Shown: positions 43,188-55,008 of the stretch, piece after piece
Layout of the letters: every line of letters begins with the position of its first letter
How positions within the stretch are numbered: the stretch's first letter is position 1
Assembly (NCBI RefSeq): GCF_006345805.1
Contig: NC_043007.1
Coordinates: forward strand, 27,218,001 to 27,282,000
DNA from: Octopus sinensis
Lineage: Eukaryota
Direction of reading: 5' to 3'
Length of the DNA stretch: 64,000 bases
Program-made: the position numbers and the translations under genes
Notes under the pieces: model-generated
What the model was told of the DNA's origin: nothing
The model's input: only the letters and a program-made list of their open reading frames with translations
Databases searched by the model: none

Positions 43188-43294
43188 TCCACGCTGAAGA
43201 GAAAAGAAGTTTCGGTAAGATAGAATTATTTAATATTTAATATTTTAATTCTTATGCTTTCCTAAAACTTGATTTCGAAACGTACGTCCGTGGA
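43188..43294 (+). ncRNA. Hammerhead ribozyme, array copy 4
   Basis: Same as copy 1; CTGAAGA at 43194, cut after 43288. Confidence 0.92.
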
Positions 43295-43786
43295 TAACTT
43301 TAAAAATGTTTGATAGATTGCGGTAATTCATTCTCTCTTACCTGTTTGTGTCAGCCTTCCAATTGCTGTTTTTACTGAGATCTCCCTTTTTAGTAGAAGA
43401 AATAGCTATAACCTTTGACTGCTATTTCTAAATTCGGTATGTGGTAAGGCAATTCGTTGCTGAACCCTTATTGCTTAGTATTACTTAAATTTTCCTCAAA
43501 TGAGGCTTTTACATGCCGAAGACTACTTGGTGTAATTGATAATTATTCCAAATTAATTAATTTCACCCTTCATTATTACGGATAACCATATTTTATCTCA
43601 GTAGATGACCACAGCATCTTGTTTTGGCTACACGCGGGTGGGAAGGGGCTGTTGACACAATCGTTTCATTCACAAATTTGAATTCGGTGATACTAGTTGA
43701 GGATTCTAGCTCGCTCTGATACTGAGTTGAGTTGGTACCTCCTAGTATCTCAAAATTCAATATATAATCATTTATGATTATAGTAT

Positions 43787-43893
43787 TCCACGCTGAAGAG
43801 AAAAGAAGTTTCGGTAAGATAGAATTATTTAATATTTAATATTTTAATTCTTATGCTTTCCTAAAACTTGATTTCGAAACGTACGTCCGTGGA
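43787..43893 (+). ncRNA. Hammerhead ribozyme, array copy 5
   Basis: Same as copy 1; CTGAAGA at 43793, cut after 43887. Confidence 0.92.
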
Positions 43894-44386
43894 TAACTTT
43901 AAAAATGTTTGATAGATTGCGGTTAATTCATTCTCTCTTACCTGTTTGTGTCAGCCTTCCAATTGCTGTTTTTACTGAGATCTCCCTTTTTAGTAGAAGA
44001 AATAGCTATAACCTTTGACTGCTATTTCTAAATTCGGTATGTGGTAAGGCAATTCGTTGCTGAACCCTTATTGCTTAGTATTACTTAAATTTTCCTCAAA
44101 TGAGGCTTTTACATGCCGAAGACTACTTGGTGTAATTGATAATTATTCCAAATTAATTAATTTCACCCTTCATTATTACGGATAACCATATTTTATCTCA
44201 GTAGATGACCACAGCATCTTGTTTTGGCTACACGCGGGTGGGAAGGGGCTGTTGACACAATCGTTTCATTCACAAATTTGAATTCGGTGATACTAGTTGA
44301 GGATTCTAGCTCGCTCTGATACTGAGTTGAGTTGGTACCTCCTAGTATCTCAAAATTCAATATATAATCATTTATGATTATAGTAT

Positions 44387-44493
44387 TCCACGCTGAAGAG
44401 AAAAGAAGTTTCGGTAAGATAGAATTATTTAATATTTAATATTTTAATTCTTATGCTTTCCTAAAACTTGATTTCGAAACGTACGTCCGTGGA
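44387..44493 (+). ncRNA. Hammerhead ribozyme, array copy 6
   Basis: Same as copy 1; CTGAAGA at 44393, cut after 44487. Confidence 0.92.
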
Positions 44494-44986
44494 TAACTTT
44501 AAAAATGTTTGATAGATTGCGGTTAATTCATTCTCTCTTACCTGTTTGTGTCAGCCTTCCAATTGCTGTTTTACTGAGATCTCCCTTTTTAGTAGAAGAA
44601 ATAGCTATAACCCTTTGACTGCTATTTCTAAATTCGGTATGTGGTAAGGCAATTCGTTGCTGAACCCTTATTGCTTAGTATTACTTAAATTTTCCTCAAA
44701 TGAGGCTTTTACATGCCGAAGACTACTTGGTGTAATTGATAATTATTCCAAATTAATTAATTTCACCCTTCATTATTACGGATAACCATATTTTATCTCA
44801 GTAGATGACCACAGCATCTTGTTTTGGCTACACGCGGGTGGGAAGGGGCTGTTGACACAATCGTTTCATTCACAAATTTGAATTCGGTGATACTAGTTGA
44901 GGATTCTAGCTCGCTCTGATACTGAGTTGAGTTGGTACCTCCTAGTATCTCAAAATTCAATATATAATCATTTATGATTATAGTAT

Positions 44987-45093
44987 TCCACGCTGAAGAG
45001 AAAAGAAGTTTCGGTAAGATAGAATTATTTAATATTTAATATTTTAATTCTTATGCTTTCCTAAAACTTGATTTCGAAACGTACGTCCGTGGA
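44987..45093 (+). ncRNA. Hammerhead ribozyme, array copy 7
   Basis: Same as copy 1; CTGAAGA at 44993, cut after 45087. Confidence 0.92.
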
Positions 45094-45586
45094 TAACTTT
45101 AAAAATGTTTGATAGATTGCGGTTAATTCATTCTCTCTTACCTGTTTGTGTCAGCCTTCCAATTGCTGTTTTTACTGAGATCTCCCTTTTTAGTAGAAGA
45201 AATAGCTATAACCTTTGACTGCTATTTCTAAATTCGGTATGTGGTAAGGCAATTCGTTGCTGAACCCTTATTGCTTAGTATTACTTAAATTTTCCTCAAA
45301 TGAGGCTTTTACATGCCGAAGACTACTTGGTGTAATTGATAATTATTCCAAATTAATTAATTTCACCCTTCATTATTACGGATAACCATATTTTATCTCA
45401 GTAGATGACCACAGCATCTTGTTTTGGCTACACGCGGGTGGGAAGGGGCTGTTGACACAATCGTTTCATTCACAAATTTGAATTCGGTGATACTAGTTGA
45501 GGATTCTAGCTCGCTCTGATACTGAGTTGAGTTGGTACCTCCTAGTATCTCAAAATTCAATATATAATCATTTATGATTATAGTAT

Positions 45587-45693
45587 TCCACGCTGAAGAG
45601 AAAAGAAGTTTCGGTAAGATAGAATTATTTAATATTTAATATTTTAATTCTTATGCTTTCCTAAAACTTGATTTCGAAACGTACGTCCGTGGA
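45587..45693 (+). ncRNA. Hammerhead ribozyme, array copy 8
   Basis: Same as copy 1; CTGAAGA at 45593, cut after 45687. Confidence 0.92.
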
Positions 45694-46186
45694 TAACTTT
45701 AAAAATGTTTGATAGATTGCGGTTAATTCATTCTCTCTTACCTGTTTGTGTCAGCCTTCCAATTGCTGTTTTACTGAGATCTCCCTTTTTAGTAGAAGAA
45801 ATAGCTATAACCCTTTGACTGCTATTTCTAAATTCGGTATGTGGTAAGGCAATTCGTTGCTGAACCCTTATTGCTTAGTATTACTTAAATTTTCCTCAAA
45901 TGAGGCTTTTACATGCCGAAGACTACTTGGTGTAATTGATAATTATTCCAAATTAATTAATTTCACCCTTCATTATTACGGATAACCATATTTTATCTCA
46001 GTAGATGACCACAGCATCTTGTTTTGGCTACACGCGGGTGGGAAGGGGCTGTTGACACAATCGTTTCATTCACAAATTTGAATTCGGTGATACTAGTTGA
46101 GGATTCTAGCTCGCTCTGATACTGAGTTGAGTTGGTACCTCCTAGTATCTCAAAATTCAATATATAATCATTTATGATTATAGTAT

Positions 46187-46293
46187 TCCACGCTGAAGAG
46201 AAAAGAAGTTTCGGTAAGATAGAATTATTTAATATTTAATATTTTAATTCTTATGCTTTCCTAAAACTTGATTTCGAAACGTACGTCCGTGGA
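46187..46293 (+). ncRNA. Hammerhead ribozyme, array copy 9 (in the final partial unit)
   Basis: Same as copy 1; CTGAAGA at 46193, cut after 46287. Confidence 0.92.
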
Positions 46294-46604
46294 TAACTTT
46301 AAAAATGTTGATAGATTGCGGTTAATTCATTCTCTCTTACCTGTTTGTGTCAGCCTTCCAATTGCTGTTTTTACTGAGATCTCCCTTTTTAGTAGAAGAA
46401 ATAGCTATAACCCTTTGACTGCTATTTCTAAATTCGGTATGTGGTAAGGCAATTCGTTGCTGAACCCTTATTGCTTAGTATATATATATATATATATTTT
46501 ACTTACATTTAGCCAATGAGTCCGGCTACAGGCCTCGATAACTACTAAATTTTTTTCTAATTTTTCATGATATTATTTTTGTAAATTTTCAATATTCCAC
46601 ATAC

Positions 46605-46849
46605 TCTTTTACATGTTTGAGTCGTTTGACTGTGGCCATGCTGGAGCACCACATTTAGTCGAGCAAATCGACCCCAGGACTTATTCTTTGTAAGCTTAGT
46701 ACTTATTCTATCGGTCCCTTGTGCCGAACTGCTAAGTTACACACCAGCGTCAGTTGTCAAGCGATGTTGGGGAGACAAACACAGACACACAAATACACAC
46801 ACACACAACACACACACACACACACAAACACACACAAACACACACACAT

Positions 46850-46920
<71 letters not shown>

Positions 46921-46962
46921 CATATATACGACGGGCTTCTTTCACTTTCCGTCTACCAAATC
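46605..46962 (-). mobile_element. SINE family D, 5'-truncated
   Basis: Reverse-complement match. Confidence 0.8.
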
Positions 46963-47919
46963 CATCATATATATATCCATAAATGTATATAATATATGTG
47001 TGTGTATACATGCGTTCACACTCTCACACACTCACACACTGGCGCGCATACACACATACACACATACACACACGTACATATATAATGAGAGAGTGAAAGA
47101 GAGGGAGAGAGACAGATATGAATATATATGAAATACAAAGCCAAAGAGCTAATGAGAGAGAGAGAGAGAGTGAGAGAGAATGAAGGATAGACAGATAAAT
47201 AGTTAGTTAGCGAAGGAGAGATGGAGAGCTAGAAATGGAGATGGAGAAAGACAGACAGAGCAAGAGTGTGTCTGACCCACAGGGAAAAATTGAAGACAGA
47301 AGTGAGTTATACAAGTTAGGTGGGTGTCGTATGCCACGTTATGTTTCATATCACTTTTCTTCAACGTCACTGTGACATGTTCAACCTCAACGTTGACATT
47401 AGAGATAGTAAAATTCTTCAAGCAATGAGAAAAAATCGAATCTGAATGAATGCTAATACGAAAACATGCCATAAAAAAACTAAATTAACATAAATTGTCA
47501 TAGGATTTTACGGAATTTGTTCAATATAAAATTATTTTAACGTGAATATCTTTATTTTTTCTTAATACATTTAATCTCGTTTTTGATCGATCTGAAGTAA
47601 AACTTTTTTATTTTGTTATTCTATTTCTTTTATCTAGTTTACATTTTCCTCTCATGAGAATATATAATAACTATCTTGAAGGCTGGTTGTTAAAAAATAA
47701 GCAGCGTTGATTATATTATTGACATGAATATTAACAGAAATCTAGATAAGCGTCGTTTCGTTTACTGAGCATGTGTCTGTGGGATGATTTGAACTTCTGA
47801 CTTCCGAATAATGAACCATGTAACCAAATAAAAAAATAACAGAAACATGGTGAGGGAACATTGTACTGGTCAACCATAGGACAACCTTTGTAAATATCAG
47901 TTTTAAATATTATTGTCAC

Positions 47920-48235
47920 AGAGCCAACGTTGTTTTTTTATGGGGGGGGGTCTCATTTGTAGAACTTTCGCTTGTAAACCGGGGGAGTTGAAAAGGAAAG
48001 AGGCATCTACTGAGGTGCATCGAGTGGTCGGTATAATCTGGATGTTTGGGGTTCTCCGGTTGTTCTTGTGAGGATCCCCCCCCACATTTGCGGGAATTTT
48101 GATTGTGAAATTATTTTGTTAATTGATTTTGTTACTTAATGTATACATGACATAGTTCAACACTCCATTTGTTACTTGAACTATATTTCCCTTATTTGTT
48201 TTCTGTTCGACCCTTGTGGCCAATAGCGAAATTAT
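47920..48235 (+). mobile_element. Probable LINE 3' UTR ending in the (ATT)n shared with the opposing RLE LINE
   Basis: Ends GACCCTTGTGGCCAATAGCGAAATT(ATT)n. Confidence 0.35.
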
Positions 48236-48746
48236 CATTATTATTACTATTATTGCCTTTGCATAGATTCTAATGCTCGAGATGTACTGCGGTGTCAGCT
48301 GTTCATTACCATTGAACTAATGTAACACCTCTTATTTTTCGGGTACCTTTCGGAGGATTCGAGCGGTTCCGAGCAGTGTTGTTTTCTGAAAGTGCTCCAC
48401 CCTTATAGCAGCCCCTATTTGTTCCACGTACTTCTCTAGATTTTCGCTCACTGTTCCTAGGGCTCCGACAATTATCGGTACTACTGCTTACTTTTTTTCA
48501 TCGACCACAACTACTTAACTTCCCAAGCTAACCTGTCATATCTCTCGATCTTTCTTCCTTCCTTATCGCATAACTTGTTGTCAGCTGGGCATGATATATC
48601 TATGATCCAGCATTGTTTGCTTTCATTCTCAATTAAGACTATGTCTGGCTTCCCATTTTCTCTCTCATGGTGGCACTGAATCAGAGATTCCCACAGGATA
48701 ATTGCATTTCCATTTTCGACCATAACTTCAGATTTCTGTTCGTACA
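48231..48746 (-). mobile_element. RLE-type non-LTR retrotransposon (R4/Dong-like) 3' fragment with (TAA)n tail
   Basis: ILWE..KPDIVL..CWIIDISCPAD..KE..KIERY..L..W..VVPIIVGALG..QKTTLLGTARILRKV*; stop at 48332-34; TAA repeats at 48231-48254. Confidence 0.88.
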
Positions 48747-49635
48747 AAATATCTGTTTGAAACGATATTTCCTCAGCAGCCTATTGTAGCCTTTAGACGG
48801 AATAAGATTACAAAAGAATTATTGAGCTCTATATCTGACTACAAGAAAACGAACACTGGAGTCTATATGCTGTACCATAAAGAACAGACGCAAGCGAGGT
48901 AAGCGCTGTTCATTGTGCAACAACATGTGTGAAGTAATTCCATCAGAAATCATAACAGAAATGTGGAACATGTAAAGATTCCACAGAAGGTGGAACATGT
49001 AAAGATTCCCATTTGGTGTATGCTGCAGATTGCACGAAAGACAATTTATGTTGGTTGTACAACAGAACAATTAAACAAAAGTTTTGATGGGCAAAGATTC
49101 GACGTCAGGCACAGTAACAGTAGTTCGACAGAACTTGCTGAACATTTCGTTTCAAGCGGCTGCAATTCTGAAGAAGATTTGAAAGTGCATATTCTTAGGA
49201 AATATTCTGAATCTGCTTCAATTTCTCTTCTTCTCAGAATGTATGAAGAGAAATATGTTTGCGGATTATTAACATCACGCCCTCGAGGAATGAATAAGAG
49301 GACAGGAGAATATCATCAAATTTATACAAAACTGTTTGATTAAATATTCTTCCTTCTCTCTTTTTCTTTCCATTTTTTGTCGTTTTCTTTTTTCTGTGTT
49401 TTTCCTTCTCTCCTGTTATAAAATTGTAACTTAAAAACTGATGATGTAATTCCATCAACGTGTAGACGATGCTTGCTCACGTTCATACTTTACGTTTAAA
49501 TTTCTGTAATTTTGAATTTTTATCACTTCTTATTTTGAACTTGACAGACAGACGTACTGTTGAAATATCGTTTAACTATTAAAATATATAACAATCGAAT
49601 CGCCATCTTCGTCTTGACTGTTTACCTTTGTGAAA
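48747..49635 (+). mobile_element. Penelope-like element 3' fragment: linker, Cys motif, GIY-YIG endonuclease and 3' region (frameshifted)
   Basis: Translates IFPQQPIVAFRRNKITKELL, then C..RCSLC, then ORF 48963-49343 IYVGCTTEQL..LAEHF..DLKVHIL..EEKYV..LTSRPRGMN, typical of PLE GIY-YIG C-termini. Confidence 0.85.
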
Positions 49636-50290
49636 GGTTACCGTGTTGAAAGAGTTTTGAGTAGGATGTGTTCAGTGCCAAGTAGAGCAATTTTTGTGTA
49701 TGTTGTATTTATGTGAAAGTCCTGGTATATTTGTTATGTATTTGTCTGAATATCTTTTTATCATACCTAATATGCCAACTATGAGAGGAATTGTTTCTGT
49801 ATTTAGATTCCACATTCGAGCTACCTCTATTTCGAAGTCTTTGTATTTTGAAAGTTTCTCCATTTCTTTTAGAGAAACGTTGTCATATGCTGGTACTGAT
49901 ACATCAATTAGAAAGCAATTTTTCTTCATGATCTCTGACAACTATTACCAGGCCTGTTGGCCTTAATTTCTCTATCTGTGTGTACTAGCATATCCCAGAG
50001 TATGGTTGCTTTCTCGTTTTCTGTGACCTTTTCTGGTGTGTGCCTATACCATCTTTTTTTCTGTTGTTATTCCATAAAGTTGGAATAGCTTCCAGTGTAT
50101 GTAGGTCCCAACTCTGTCATGTCTGCGAATATATTCCTTCTTAGCCAGGACTGGGTAGCCAGAGACAATATGACTTATTGTTTCTTGTCCATCTCCACAT
50201 ATTCTGCAGTTGCTTGTTATGTTTCTTTACATTAAATGTTTTCGGTAATTTCTGGTGGGGAGGCTTTGGTCTTGTGCGGCAACTAAAAAA
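49636..50290 (-). mobile_element. Second RLE-type LINE fragment (CCHC knuckle plus restriction-like endonuclease), disrupted
   Basis: AAQDQSLPTRNY..CRICGDGQETISHIVSG..EYIRRHDRV..ILWD..ANRP..LIDVSVP..KEMEKLSKYKD..MW..IPLIVGILG; contains stops and frameshifts. Confidence 0.9.
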
Positions 50291-50705
50291 TTGTGGAGAG
50301 CGAAGTGCTGGCCTCGAGTGAATTTAGCGGAAAGTGAGTGGAAGTTGCGAAATGGCAAGAACGGATGGTACCTATCTAAGTGTAGACCTATGAGTGTTCC
50401 TGGGAATTCCTGGATATCTCGGACAGTTGGGTTCCTCGATTATCCCTAGAGACGTTCCTGTATCACGAGGGCCTCGCCTCTATCATCCTTCTACCCCACC
50501 ACTTTATTTGTGTTTTCATTCTGTATACTATGCATATGTCCTTTCTTTCCCACTATATACTTTTTTAAATCATTTCATTATTATATATAAAAAAAACCAC
50601 ACTTAATATATGTCTCTACATTGCCCCCCTTATCTTTCACCCACGTAGGAAATAAAATAAATCATTATTATTATTATTGTTATTATAATAATAATTATTA
50701 TTATT
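50291..50705 (+). mobile_element. Probable LINE 3' end/UTR with AATAAA and (ATT)n tail
   Basis: GC-richer segment, then pyrimidine-rich tract, then AATAAAATAAATC and (ATT)n. Confidence 0.35.
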
Positions 50706-50923
50706 AGTGGTGGTGCCCCAGCATGGCCGCGGCCTTCGGGCTAAAGCATTTTTAAGGATTTAAGGATTTATGTTTGACTTTTGCTTTACATTTGTACAAG
50801 TTGGCTCCAAGTCTCACCCAGAGTCCTCAAGAGAGAACAGGTTGGAAGCTCACGTTGTTGTAATGCCTAGAGTGCCATATATTTGGGTTTTTTTTTGTGT
50901 TGTACTAGTGAATGTCTAAAGTA

Positions 50924-51001
50924 TCATTATTAATATTATTATTATTATTAATATTATTATTATTATCATTGTTATTGTTATTATTATCAATATAATTATT
51001 A

Positions 51002-51064
<63 letters not shown>

Positions 51065-51087
51065 ATTATCATCATCATCATCATCAT
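50924..51087. repeat. (ATT)n/(ATC)n microsatellite; a similar (AAT)n tract lies at 61590-61700
   Basis: Directly visible. Confidence 0.95.
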
Positions 51088-51298
51088 TGTAATTGTAATT
51101 GTTAATCTTGGAATTTCGTCATCATTCTAAAGATCATTACCACCACCATCGTCGTCGTCGCCATCGCCATTTTTCATCATCAAAGTATTATATCCAATAT
51201 AAAGCAGTCTTAGAAGTGTATTTACATTTCAGCCGCCTTTAGCGTTTCCCAGATTTCGAAAATCTTAGCTCGAGTAAAAATTACCATTAAACAAAACA

Positions 51299-51361
<63 letters not shown>

Positions 51362-51374
51362 TATATATACACAC

Positions 51375-51444
<70 letters not shown>

Positions 51445-52139
51445 TATGTATTATATATATAATATATATATACATATATATATATATATGTATATACATG
51501 TATTATAATATATATATAATATATATATTTGTAGATAGATAGATAGAAAGATAGATAGTAGATAGATAGATAGATAGATAGAAGATAGATAGATAGATAG
51601 ATAGATATAAATTACTTAAATAAATATAATAAAATGAATAATCTAAAAAACACAAAGCCAAGCGAGAGAAAAACCAAGTAGATATATTAGTACGTATATT
51701 TCATTTCAAACTTATCTTACCTGAGTCAAAAACAACTACAAAAAAAAACAAAAAAAAAACAGCAGGAGCAACAAAAAACAAAAAAAACCAAACGCTGCGC
51801 ACAATATTTTACTAATGAGTTCAGCTCTGAAATTTTCAACCAAACTCTGTACATTTAGGGTTTCGCTGGCTTCATTTGTGAAGTTAGTGTTTCATATTAC
51901 ATCGGAAATAAGAAGTGGTTAGTTAAACGTGCATTAACATCCTGACGGAATGGTTACTGGTGTGTTCGGTAGTACAAGAACACGTCTAATCAAGGTATAT
52001 TGTGAAGACTTCACGTAGTTACTGCAATTCATCAAAATATTATGCTTACAACCATATTGGAGCAGCGTTGGAATTCATGTTGAAATGTAAATGATCGTAA
52101 AGGCTTCTGTCTGTCTGTCTGTCTGTCTCTCTGTATGTA

Positions 52140-52193
<54 letters not shown>

Positions 52194-52266
52194 ACTATCA
52201 GTCTATCTATCCATCTAACTATTTAACTATCTAACTATCTATCACTATATGCTCTTATATATATGT

Positions 52267-52320
<54 letters not shown>

Positions 52321-53064
52321 GTATGTGTATATATATGTATATCTATATTATATATCTATATATATATATATTATACATATTCATAAATGCATACATTCCT
52401 ACATGCACATATACATACATACATGCATACATATATATATACACATGTATATATACTATGTATATATATATATATATATTATATATATATATATACAAAT
52501 ATATATATATATATATAAATATATATATGTATATATATAAATATATATACCTAAAGGCATTTATATATATATGCACACACTATGCACACACACACTTATA
52601 TACATACATACTGCACACACACAATCATATACATCCATACATAAATATGTGTGTGTGTGGTTGTGTGCGTGTGTATCTATATATTCCTATAAACCTATAT
52701 GCAACTATAGCTACGAATGCGTCAAAATGTCGCTCATATCATTAAACACCTGGATTTCGCTTTTATTTACATTCTTCACATTCATACTCTATTCTTCTTC
52801 CATCATTTTCCGGTCGTTCTTTCCCATTTTCTGGTATAAGAAATAAGCTGGAATCGTTCCTAACAATTCTATTCCACAATGCAACATTATAATCAAGTTT
52901 CGATCTGATACAGCTCTCTTGATTTAGTCATTATGTATCTATCTATCTGCCAATTTAACATCATGTATATACCACTCTCTCCCTCTCATGCTTTCTTTCA
53001 CTATAAGTATACGCATATATATATATGCATATGTGTGTATGTATAGTTGAATGTGTCTATCTAA

Positions 53065-53065
<1 letters not shown>

Positions 53066-53154
<89 letters not shown>
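53066..53154. repeat. (TATC)n; (GATA)n tracts also at 11057-11111 and 51533-51606
   Basis: Directly visible. Confidence 0.95.
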
Positions 53155-53155
<1 letters not shown>

Positions 53156-53426
53156 ATGTCTATCTGTTTATCTCTACACACACATATATTTAAACGTACA
53201 TGGACATATATGTGTAAACTAACATACATACAGATATATACACATACATATACATGCATATATACATATACATTTATGTATACATATATATATAGATAGA
53301 TAGATAGATATAGATAGATAGATACACATACCTAAGAACATATATATATATATATACATATATATGTGTATATATATAGAGAGTATATGCATCTTTCTAT
53401 CCCTCTCTCTCTCTCTCTCTCTCTCT

Positions 53427-53475
<49 letters not shown>

Positions 53476-53918
53476 GAGTTAATCGAGCGTGAATCTTCAA
53501 AGACGTTCATAGGACCTTTCATGTTATTGATCTTTAGACAATTGTTGAAAATTAGAAGAACAGAATATACACTAATATAGAAGTTTCAAGAAAAGACTAA
53601 TTTCCATTGTTTTATGGTAACAGCACAATAGATTTCAAGTTTGGTACCCGTTTCCAGAATATAAGAATGACCGGAGCCAAGAAAATGTATTAATAATATA
53701 TATTTATTCTTTTAGTCATGTACTCTTTTAGTAATGCTGGAGCACCACATTTAGTCGAAGAAATTGACCCAAGGACTTCTTCTCTGTTAGACCTAATTTA
53801 TTATTCTATCGTTCTTCTTTGTCGTACAGTTAACCATACGGGGACGTAAAAACACCAACGTCGGTTGTCAAGCGATGGAGGAGCGACAAACACAGACACA
53901 CCAAATATATACATACAT

Positions 53919-53973
<55 letters not shown>

Positions 53974-54010
53974 TGTATATATATATATATATTTATATAC
54001 ATATATATAT

Positions 54011-54042
<32 letters not shown>

Positions 54043-54043
<1 letters not shown>

Positions 54044-54410
54044 GATACACATAACCAGAGTTTTGGTCAGTTAGCAACTGAACTTCACAACCTCATATGT
54101 TCCTAAAATTTATATCTACATCCTTATTTACCTCCCTAAAATGTTACTACTTGATTTGAAAACTTTTATATTATTGGAAAACCTATATAAATTGGCTGAA
54201 GAGTACTGAGCATCTTAAATCTGCTGTAATACTTACAGCTTTTAATAAAATGTTGTAGTACGAAACAATTGTACCATTTCACCGGAGTCATTCTTGTTGT
54301 TTATTTTTTATTATAATCACCCCGCAAATTTTAATGGGTAACACCATACAAAATTCTGGTGCATCTAAATTAAGTACCATATTCATTTGAATCTAAATTA
54401 TTGCTGATCT
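54043..54410 (+). mobile_element. About 370-bp hammerhead-bearing element inserted into the internal (TA)n of a family-D SINE
   Basis: Flanked by (TA)n on both sides; its 3' part (54266-54410) is homologous to 28441-28583. Confidence 0.65.
54189..54279 (+). ncRNA. Type I hammerhead ribozyme, solitary, consensus core
   Basis: AAATTGG/CCATTT stem I with one bulge; CTGAAGA 54196-202; stem II GTACT..GCTGTAA/TTACAGC..AGTAC; GAAA 54262-65; palindromic CAATTG; triplet GTA, cut after 54273. Confidence 0.82.
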
Positions 54411-54442
<32 letters not shown>

Positions 54443-55008
54443 GGCAGGCCTCTTTCATTTCTGTCAACCAAATCCACTCAGAAGGAGTTGTTCGGCCCGA
54501 GGCTATAGCGGAGAGAAGAAATGAAGCAACAAGTAACAATTACAAGTTGATCATCAGTATTGAAAGATGATAGCTTACAGCTGTTTCAATAAAGACTAAT
54601 AAGAAATCGTTCTTCTTTTATCTAATCGATTATTATCTCAACTAACACTGCGAAATTGCTGTACTAAATCCAACGGAAATATAACCCAATTGCAGATGAC
54701 ACCAGGTAACCCAAACCGTGGTAGATCTTTACTCAACGCCTCAGCACAGTAATTGATATATATCCACTATTTCCCCAAATTACATGTATGCATATATATA
54801 TACGTAATTAAGAGAAATGACCTCTATTAAGTAATTCAATTGATAGTGAAAAATATCTATATTAAATCATATAGAAAATATATTAAATATATTATAAATA
54901 TTATTCTAAAAACCACTAAATTAAATAAACATTAAATTGACTATGCACGTTTCGTGACTAGGTCTTTAAATCGATAACAATGAAATCGATACTATTAAAA
55001 TTAATTCA

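Larger units (their letters stand above)
41250..46481 (+). mobile_element. Tandem array of about 8.7 x 600-bp hammerhead-containing units (retrozyme-like / Penelope-type non-autonomous element)
   Basis: Unit start TGACACAATCG recurs at about 41253, 41853, 42454, 43054, 43653, 44253, 44853, 45453 and 46053. Units differ only by 1-nt homopolymer indels. Flanked by (TA)n on both sides. No ORF of 60 aa or more in the track. One hammerhead per unit. Confidence 0.9.
53708..54510 (-). mobile_element. SINE family D split by TA expansion and the hammerhead element
   Basis: Tail half at 53708-53900, head-side half at 54441-54510. Confidence 0.7.

Noticed and set aside
41250-46481. rDNA/5S or histone-type tandem gene array
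   Set aside because: No recognisable rRNA, snRNA or coding sequence in the unit
48759-48771. AAACGATATTTC as an inverted match to 49562-49573 (possible inverted pLTR)
   Set aside because: Lies within the translated ETIF linker; a 12-bp match is plausibly chance
49168-49186. CTGAAGA..GAAA inside the GIY-YIG ORF, and a lone CTGATGA at 49438
   Set aside because: No supporting helices; the first is coding sequence
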